From contig JAPLFI010000202.1 of assembly GCA_026390755.1 (NCBI GenBank), positions 999 to 64,998 of the forward strand: a stretch of 64,000 nt of DNA. The letters run 5' to 3'. The notes below the pieces were generated by a model. The model made no database searches. It worked only from the letters and a program-made list of their open reading frames with translations, and was not told where the DNA came from. This DNA comes from Ignavibacteriota bacterium. GTDB taxonomy: Bacteria > Bacteroidota > Ignavibacteria > Tepidaquicellales > Tepidaquicellaceae. The stretch's first letter is position 1. The number at the start of each line of letters is the position of its first letter. Below are positions 58,309 through 64,000 of this stretch, piece by piece. The position numbers and the translations under genes are program-made.

Positions 58309-59079
58309 ATGTTTATTAATTTAGTATTAAAAAAGATTTACACTTTCTTTAAGGATATTGAGGATTATTATCTGATGTTTATCGGTGTAGTCAGGTATCT
58401 GCCGCGAGTCTTTAAAGACAGGAAACTTATTCTCGACCAGATGGTGCATATAGGGGTTAACTCTCTTGTCCTTGTATCAATTATCGGTTTGTTTACAGGC
58501 GCCGTATCAGCATGGCAGGCGGCGTATCAGATGGCAGGAATGGTACCTTTGAGCATTATGGGCTCGGCTACGCCGAGGGCAATTATTATTGAGCTCGGAC
58601 CCGTACTTTCTGCGATTGTTCTTGCCGGCAGGGTAGGCGCTTCAATTTCGGCTGAAATAGGTACTATGAAAGTAACCGAGCAAATAGACGCGCTTGAGGC
58701 AATGGCAATCAGCCCTATCAGATATCTTGCAATGCCGAGAGTCGTAGCGGCGACAATTATGCTGCCGGTATTGGTTATTTATGCATGTACGGTTGCTATC
58801 GTTGGTTCATATCTTGTATCAACAATGTTTCTTGATATATCAGGGGGAGTGTTTTTAAACGGATTCAGAAAATCGTTTGCAATAAAAGACGTGAATGCGG
58901 CGATGATAAAAGCGTTTTTCTTTGGTTTTTCAATATCGTCTATAGGATGTTTTGTAGGATTTAATACAACAGGCGGGGCGCAGGGTGTAGGACAATCAAC
59001 AATTAAATCATTCGTTATCTGCGCCGCAATGATTCTTATACTCGATGCTTTATTATGGAATTTTCTTATTGGTTCATAG
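58309..59079 (+). CDS. mlaE: MlaE-family ABC transporter permease
   Basis: 256 aa. ..GARVGASISAEIGTMKVTEQIDALE.. is the MlaE signature. Confidence 0.85.
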   Translation: MFINLVLKKIYTFFKDIEDYYLMFIGVVRYLPRVFKDRKLILDQMVHIGVNSLVLVSIIGLFTGAVSAWQAAYQMAGMVPLSIMGSATPRAIIIELGPVLSAIVLAGRVGASISAEIGTMKVTEQIDALEAMAISPIRYLAMPRVVAATIMLPVLVIYACTVAIVGSYLVSTMFLDISGGVFLNGFRKSFAIKDVNAAMIKAFFFGFSISSIGCFVGFNTTGGAQGVGQSTIKSFVICAAMILILDALLWNFLIGS

Positions 59080-59098
59080 TTTGTAACTTAACACAGAA

Positions 59099-59172
59099 GG
59101 GCAATTGGCACAGTCGGTTAGCGCGCTTCCTTCACACGGAAGAGGTCACTGGTTCGAATCCGGTATTGCCCA
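59099..59172 (+). tRNA. tRNA-Val (CAC)
   Basis: Cloverleaf folded by hand. Acceptor GGGCAAT/ATTGCCC, anticodon loop TTCACAC, TTCGAAT T-loop, discriminator A. CCA is not encoded. Confidence 0.9.
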
Positions 59173-59200
59173 CATTTTTAGTTAGTTTTATTCTTTCAAT

Positions 59201-60493
59201 TTGAATTTATTATTTAAAAACATAACTCTAATATCTCCTTCGGATAATATAAACGGTGTAACGGATGTTTATATACGCAATGGCGTAATTGAAAGTACTT
59301 CCGTGCAAAATAATGTTCCGGATGATGTTGAGATAGTCGAAGGAAATTCACTCCTGTGCGCGCCCGGATTTTTTGATATGCATGTTCACTTCAGATACCC
59401 GGGGCAAACTGAAAAGGAGGATTTACCCGAAAGTATTTCGTCGGGAGCTGAATCAGCCGCAAACGGAGGATTTACAGGTGTATTGTGTATGCCGAATACA
59501 AAACCGCCTGTTGATAATGCAGAAGTATTAAAGGATATATTAAACAAATCCGACGGTAATATCGTAGATGTTTACGCCTCGGCATGTGTTTCGAAAAACA
59601 GAGAAGGTATGGTGAGTTCCGATTATTTTGAGTTGCAAAGAGCAGGTGCTTTAGCGCTGACCGATGACGGAAGTCCTGTTTACAGCGAAGCGCTGATGCG
59701 GACTGCCCTCGGGTTTTCTTCAAAATCGGGATTACCGGTTCTTCAGCATGCCGAAGATTATAAGGCTGGCGGCTCGGGAGTCATACACAAAGGGAAGGTA
59801 TCGGAGAATCTCGGAGTTGCGGGAATTCCGCATGAAAGTGAGACTGAAATTGTATCGCGTGACCTGAAAATTACGGCGGATATTAAAGGCGCTTTGTATC
59901 ACTTACAGCATATATCATGCGGCGGCAGTGTGGATTTGATAAGAAAAGCAAAAGCTGACGGACTATCCGTTACGGCTGAAGTATGTCCGCATCATTTCGT
60001 TTTAACTGATACTGCTGTTGAAAAAGAGGGGAGTAATGCGAAGATGAATCCGCCTCTGCGGACTGAATCCGATATTAAGAATATTTTAGATGGCTTACGA
60101 GATAATATTATTGAAATTATATGTACAGACCATGCTCCGCATACTGCAAAAGAGAAATCGGCAGATTTAAAAACCGCGCCGTTCGGAATTATCGGTCTTG
60201 AAACCTGCGCCGGACTTTCGTTCACGTATCTGGTCAAAACAGGCGTTATTTCTCTGAGTGAATTTATACGGAAAATCTCTGTGAATCCGCGGAAATTATT
60301 AAATCTTCCGGAAATCAGAATACGGAAAGGCGAAAAGGCAAATCTGACTATTCTTAATATTAATAAAGAATGGACAGTTGACAGTTCTAAATTTAAATCT
60401 AAAAGCCGGAATACTCCTTTCAATGGTTTCAAGCTTATCTGTAAACCTTTTGCCGTGATAAATAACAATCAAATATTTTATTCCATACTGTAA
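59201..60493 (+). CDS. pyrC: Dihydroorotase
   Basis: DMHVHFRYPG, CTDHAPH. 430 aa. TTG start. Confidence 0.9.
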   Translation: MNLLFKNITLISPSDNINGVTDVYIRNGVIESTSVQNNVPDDVEIVEGNSLLCAPGFFDMHVHFRYPGQTEKEDLPESISSGAESAANGGFTGVLCMPNTKPPVDNAEVLKDILNKSDGNIVDVYASACVSKNREGMVSSDYFELQRAGALALTDDGSPVYSEALMRTALGFSSKSGLPVLQHAEDYKAGGSGVIHKGKVSENLGVAGIPHESETEIVSRDLKITADIKGALYHLQHISCGGSVDLIRKAKADGLSVTAEVCPHHFVLTDTAVEKEGSNAKMNPPLRTESDIKNILDGLRDNIIEIICTDHAPHTAKEKSADLKTAPFGIIGLETCAGLSFTYLVKTGVISLSEFIRKISVNPRKLLNLPEIRIRKGEKANLTILNINKEWTVDSSKFKSKSRNTPFNGFKLICKPFAVINNNQIFYSIL

Positions 60494-60495
60494 AA

Positions 60496-61176
60496 TTGAA
60501 AAAATATATAAAAATATACGATTCAGAGGAATTATTCGAAGTGCACAATATATTCTGCGTCGGACAGAATTATACGGAGCATATAAAGGAGTTTAATTCC
60601 ACCTGTATTCCCGAGAAACCTGTAATATTTTCGAAACCGGATACAGCCGTTATCTCCGGCGGAGAAACAATTTCTATTCCCTCGGTTAACGGTGAAAAAA
60701 TATCGGATTGCCTCCACTATGAAACCGAAATGGTTGTGGCAATAGGGAAGGACGGGTATAATATTCCGGAGGAAAATGCAAAAGATTATATTTTCGGCTA
60801 TGCCGTAGGTCTGGATATGACGCTCAGGGATGTCCAGTCTGAACTGAAAAAGAAAGGTCTTCCATGGACTGTGGCAAAAGGGTTTATTACCTCGGCGCCG
60901 GTTTCAAAAATCCTTCCCTCCGAAAATATGCCTAATCCAATGAATACAGATATTGAGTTATATTTGAACAATAATAGAATACAGTTTAGTAATACATCAT
61001 TAATGATATTTAATATATATAAGTTAATAGCTTATATATCAAGTATATTCTCGATATCTAAAGGCGATTTGATATTCACCGGTACACCGGAAGGAGTCGG
61101 GAAAGTTATTAAGGGAGATTTATTAAAAGCGAAGCTCGGAAGTTATATTGAACTTCAGGCAGGTGTTGATGGGTAA
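60496..61176 (+). CDS. Fumarylacetoacetate hydrolase-family protein
   Basis: ETEMVVAIGK and LIFTGTPEGVG motifs. TTG start. Confidence 0.85.
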   Translation: MKKYIKIYDSEELFEVHNIFCVGQNYTEHIKEFNSTCIPEKPVIFSKPDTAVISGGETISIPSVNGEKISDCLHYETEMVVAIGKDGYNIPEENAKDYIFGYAVGLDMTLRDVQSELKKKGLPWTVAKGFITSAPVSKILPSENMPNPMNTDIELYLNNNRIQFSNTSLMIFNIYKLIAYISSIFSISKGDLIFTGTPEGVGKVIKGDLLKAKLGSYIELQAGVDG

Positions 61177-61942
61177 AGTTATTTCAGTTTGTATTTCGAA
61201 AGGCGGGGCAGGAAAAACTACGACTGCCGTAAATCTCGCCGCTTCACTCGCAGTTTCTGAGAAGAAAACTCTTCTTATTGATGTCGATCCGTTCGGTTCT
61301 TCCGCAGTTGCGCTTGGATTTACGCCGGATAAGATTAAGGCGGGAATTTCAGAAATTTTCAATTTTACAAAATCAATAGCTTATACGATTCATAAGACAG
61401 ATATTGATTACCTCGATTTTATTCCCGCCAACATCAATTCAATTCAACTTGATGAAAAGTTCTCGAAAGTAACCGAAAACCGTGTTATACTGAAAAACGC
61501 CCTTAAGGAAGCGCGTATGAAATATGATTTTGTTATTATTGACTGTCCTCCAGTTTTAAGGGGAATAACAGCTAACGCTTTAACGGCTTCCGATTCTATT
61601 TTGATTCCTGTTAAATGCGGACATTTGTCATTATATGCCGTTGACCGATTGTTTCAGTATCTGGAGTGGATACGGGAAATATCTAACCCGTATCTTGAGA
61701 TTGAGGGTATTATTCTGACGATGTATGAATCAAATTCCAAGGTAACTGAGATTTCCGAAAGGGAATTGAAAGTGAAATATGGTGAGTATATGATGAATAC
61801 GATAATTCCTGTGTCGAATCTGCTTAATGAAGCAACATTTTTCGGAAAACCTCTTTGCCTGTACAGGATTAACTCAATCGGAGCCATTGCATATATGAAT
61901 CTTGCCTGTGAAATAATGGAAAAAATGAAAAAAAATGTATAA
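61169..61942 (+). CDS. ParA/Soj-family ATPase (no adjacent parB)
   Basis: Deviant Walker A KGGAGKTTTAVNLA, then IIDCPP. ATG at 61169 (MGKVISV) overlaps the upstream stop by 8 nt. Confidence 0.85.
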   Translation: MGKVISVCISKGGAGKTTTAVNLAASLAVSEKKTLLIDVDPFGSSAVALGFTPDKIKAGISEIFNFTKSIAYTIHKTDIDYLDFIPANINSIQLDEKFSKVTENRVILKNALKEARMKYDFVIIDCPPVLRGITANALTASDSILIPVKCGHLSLYAVDRLFQYLEWIREISNPYLEIEGIILTMYESNSKVTEISERELKVKYGEYMMNTIIPVSNLLNEATFFGKPLCLYRINSIGAIAYMNLACEIMEKMKKNV

Positions 61943-62160
61943 TTACTCAGCGTTATTAAAAATAGCCACAGATTCACAGATTTAGCTAATGAAATATTCA
62001 AAAATAATATTCAGTATAAAAGAAAGTTGTGAAATTAGAAGAACTATTTGGGGTATGAATAGAAATTCATCATATTTTAGGCGAAAATCGCTAATAACAT
62101 AAAGAATAGTTTTATAATCTGTGAATCTGTGGCAATTTATTTTTATGGCTGAGTAGTTAC
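61943..62160. mobile_element. MITE-like 218-bp element with long terminal inverted repeats (repeat copy C)
   Basis: Left end TTACTCAGCGTTATTAAAAATAGCCACAGATTCACAGATT. Reverse complement of the right end GTAACTACTCAGCCATAAAAATAAATTGCCACAGATTCACAGATT. The two share a perfect 18-bp block GCCACAGATTCACAGATT and the ACTCAGC terminus. No coding capacity. Confidence 0.5.
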
Positions 62161-62193
62161 AAAAATGTTAATATAAATTAATGATGTTATTGC

Positions 62194-64000
62194 ATGTTTG
62201 AAATTCCCCCTAAATACAGCGCACCTGAAATTGAGCAAAAATGGAGAGATTTCTGGGAAATCAATAAAACTTATAATTCAGTCGTAAATTCCGGGAAGAA
62301 GAAATATTCAGTCGTTATTCCTCCGCCGAATGTCACCGGTATTTTGCATATCGGACATATTCTCAATAATACTATTCAGGATATATACTGCCGCTGGAAG
62401 CGAATGCTGAATTACGAAGTATGCTGGGTGCCCGGTATGGATCACGCAGGAATTGCCACTCAGATTAAAGTTGAAGAGGATTTAAGGGGTAAAGGTCTGT
62501 CTAAAAATGAACTCGGCAGAGATGAATTCATACGGAAAGTATGGGAATGGAAGGAATTATACGGCGGAATTATTTTAGTACAACTGCGCAAACTCGGAGT
62601 TTCGGTTGACTGGTCAAGGGAGCGGTTTACGCTCGATGAAGGCTTATCGAAAGCAGTTAAACATGTTTTCGTGGATTTATACAAAAAAGGGCTGATATAT
62701 AGAGGAAAGAGAATTGTTAACTGGGATAGTATTTCTCAAACTGCGCTCAGCGATGACGAAATTAGCTATGTCGAGAAAAACGATAAATTATATTATATCA
62801 GGTACCCGATTGCCGGGGAAGATAATTTTCTGATTATCGCAACTACAAGACCGGAAACAATGCTGGGCGATACTGCCGTTGCAGTGAATCCTTCTGACGA
62901 GAGATATAACTGTCTTTCAGGTAAATCAGTTATATTGCCCTTAGTGAACAAAATTATACCAGTTGTTTTCGATAATTATGTTGATGTTGAATTCGGAACA
63001 GGGGCTTTGAAAATTACTCCCGCTCACGATGCAAACGATTTTGAAGTAGGTAAAAGACACAACCTTGATATTGTTAATGTGCTGACAAAAGACGGAAAGA
63101 TAAATGAGAACGGTATTGAGTTTGAAGGACTTTCCGTAAAATCTGCCCGGAAGAAAATTCTCGAAAAGCTTGAGGTGCTCGGATTTATTGAGAAAATTGA
63201 GGATTTTACACATAATGTAAATATTTCTGAAAGAACCGGAGCCGTTATTGAACCATATCTTTCTGATCAATGGTTTGTTTCTATGAAGAAACTTGCCATA
63301 CCTGCGATAAAGGTTGTCGAAGAAGGTAAGATTAAATTTCATCCCGATAAATGGACTAAAACTTATTATTACTGGCTTAATAACGTCCGCGACTGGTGTA
63401 TTTCACGTCAGCTTTGGTGGGGACATCAGATTCCTATCTGGTATCACAAAAATACGAATGAGATTTACTGTGAAACAGAGCCGCCTTCGGATATTGAAAA
63501 CTATAATCAGGATCCGGACGTTTTGGATACATGGTTTTCGTCATGGTTATGGCCTTTCAGCGTTTTCGGATGGGAGAATTCTCAAAAGGACGCTGAAAAT
63601 GCTGATTTGAAGTACTTTTATCCGACTGATTTTCTTTCAACCGCTCCCGATATAATTTTCCTTTGGGTTGCGAGGATGATAATGTCAGGTTTGGAATATA
63701 TGAAGGATATCCCTTTTAAAGATGTGTATTTCCATTCAACCGTCAGAGACGGAATCGGCAGGAAAATGTCGAAATCGCTCGGTAATTCTCCCGATCCTCT
63801 GCAGATTATGGATGATTACGGTACTGATGCGCTGAGGTTTACAATTGTTTATCTCGCTCCGCTCGGCTCAGATGTTTTATTTGATACGAAAAATACGGAA
63901 ATCGGCAGGAATTTTATTACTAAATTGTGGAATGCCGGCAGATTCCTTATGCTGACACGGAATAAGATTGAAACTTCTCCCGAATCCGGTAATGCCGGAC
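62194..64000 (+). CDS. valS: Valine--tRNA ligase (3' end beyond window)
   Basis: Translated by hand: MFEIPPKYSAPEIEQKWRDFW..PPPNVTGILHIGH (HIGH) ... GRKMSKSLGNSPDP (KMSKS at about 63760) ... TKLWNAGRFLMLT. The frame is open to the window end. It is absent from the ORF track only because it has no stop codon. Confidence 0.92.
   Translation, partial: MFEIPPKYSAPEIEQKWRDFWEINKTYNSVVNSGKKKYSVVIPPPNVTGILHIGHILNNTIQDIYCRWKRMLNYEVCWVPGMDHAGIATQIKVEEDLRGKGLSKNELGRDEFIRKVWEWKELYGGIILVQLRKLGVSVDWSRERFTLDEGLSKAVKHVFVDLYKKGLIYRGKRIVNWDSISQTALSDDEISYVEKNDKLYYIRYPIAGEDNFLIIATTRPETMLGDTAVAVNPSDERYNCLSGKSVILPLVNKIIPVVFDNYVDVEFGTGALKITPAHDANDFEVGKRHNLDIVNVLTKDGKINENGIEFEGLSVKSARKKILEKLEVLGFIEKIEDFTHNVNISERTGAVIEPYLSDQWFVSMKKLAIPAIKVVEEGKIKFHPDKWTKTYYYWLNNVRDWCISRQLWWGHQIPIWYHKNTNEIYCETEPPSDIENYNQDPDVLDTWFSSWLWPFSVFGWENSQKDAENADLKYFYPTDFLSTAPDIIFLWVARMIMSGLEYMKDIPFKDVYFHSTVRDGIGRKMSKSLGNSPDPLQIMDDYGTDALRFTIVYLAPLGSDVLFDTKNTEIGRNFITKLWNAGRFLMLTRNKIETSPESGNAG

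Noticed and set aside
59992-60468. 158-aa minus-strand ORF inside pyrC, and the ORFs at 62460-63610 within valS
   Set aside because: They are antisense or off-frame shadows of well-supported conserved genes.

Overview
AT-rich chromosomal segment. It probably comes from an FCB-group bacterium (Ignavibacteria/Bacteroidota-like). That guess rests on three proteins ending in the T9SS C-terminal sorting motif NYPNPFNPS, a pyruvoyl arginine decarboxylase, and the general gene content. All calls were made by eye from the ORF track and the DNA; no searches were run.

I count about 65 protein genes, densely packed on both strands and mostly housekeeping:
- tig-clpP, then a corA-like gene
- arcC-argF-pyrB
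- smpB-tyrS, pdaD, miaA
- groES-groEL behind a CIRCE operator
- dxr-rseP-pyk
- an ECF sigma factor and argS
- an alpha-oxoamine synthase facing an SDR reductase
- a cobalamin riboswitch driving btuB-cobO and a beta-propeller lipoprotein
- rpsU, hpt, ftsH
- fur-feoA-feoB
- dut-rsmI-purM-lat
- tatD, a purine nucleoside phosphorylase, a lone nuoI, mlaE, pyrC, a parA-like gene
- the 5' 1.8 kb of valS, which is not in the ORF track because it runs off the window

There are two tRNAs: His-GUG with encoded G-1 and CCA, and Val-CAC. I see no rRNA, CRISPR array, transposase, integrase or prophage.

The strongest candidate for something new is a tightly linked two-gene cassette at 33222-34717. It pairs a membrane-anchored JAMM/MPN+ peptidase carrying a LysM domain with a eukaryote-like UBC/E2 protein that keeps an HPN...Cys signature. 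No E1, ubiquitin-like or CD-NTase gene lies nearby.

Other notable points:
- ychF is broken by a perfect 26-bp tandem duplication.
- A mosaic family of intergenic repeats shares a GTAACTACTCAG-type terminus and a GC-rich hairpin core.
- A heptamer/14-mer tandem repeat is fused to a stop codon.
- One small membrane protein has 12 consecutive prolines.
- Carbamate kinase is clustered with both OTC and ATCase.
- A large palindrome lies between fur and feoA.
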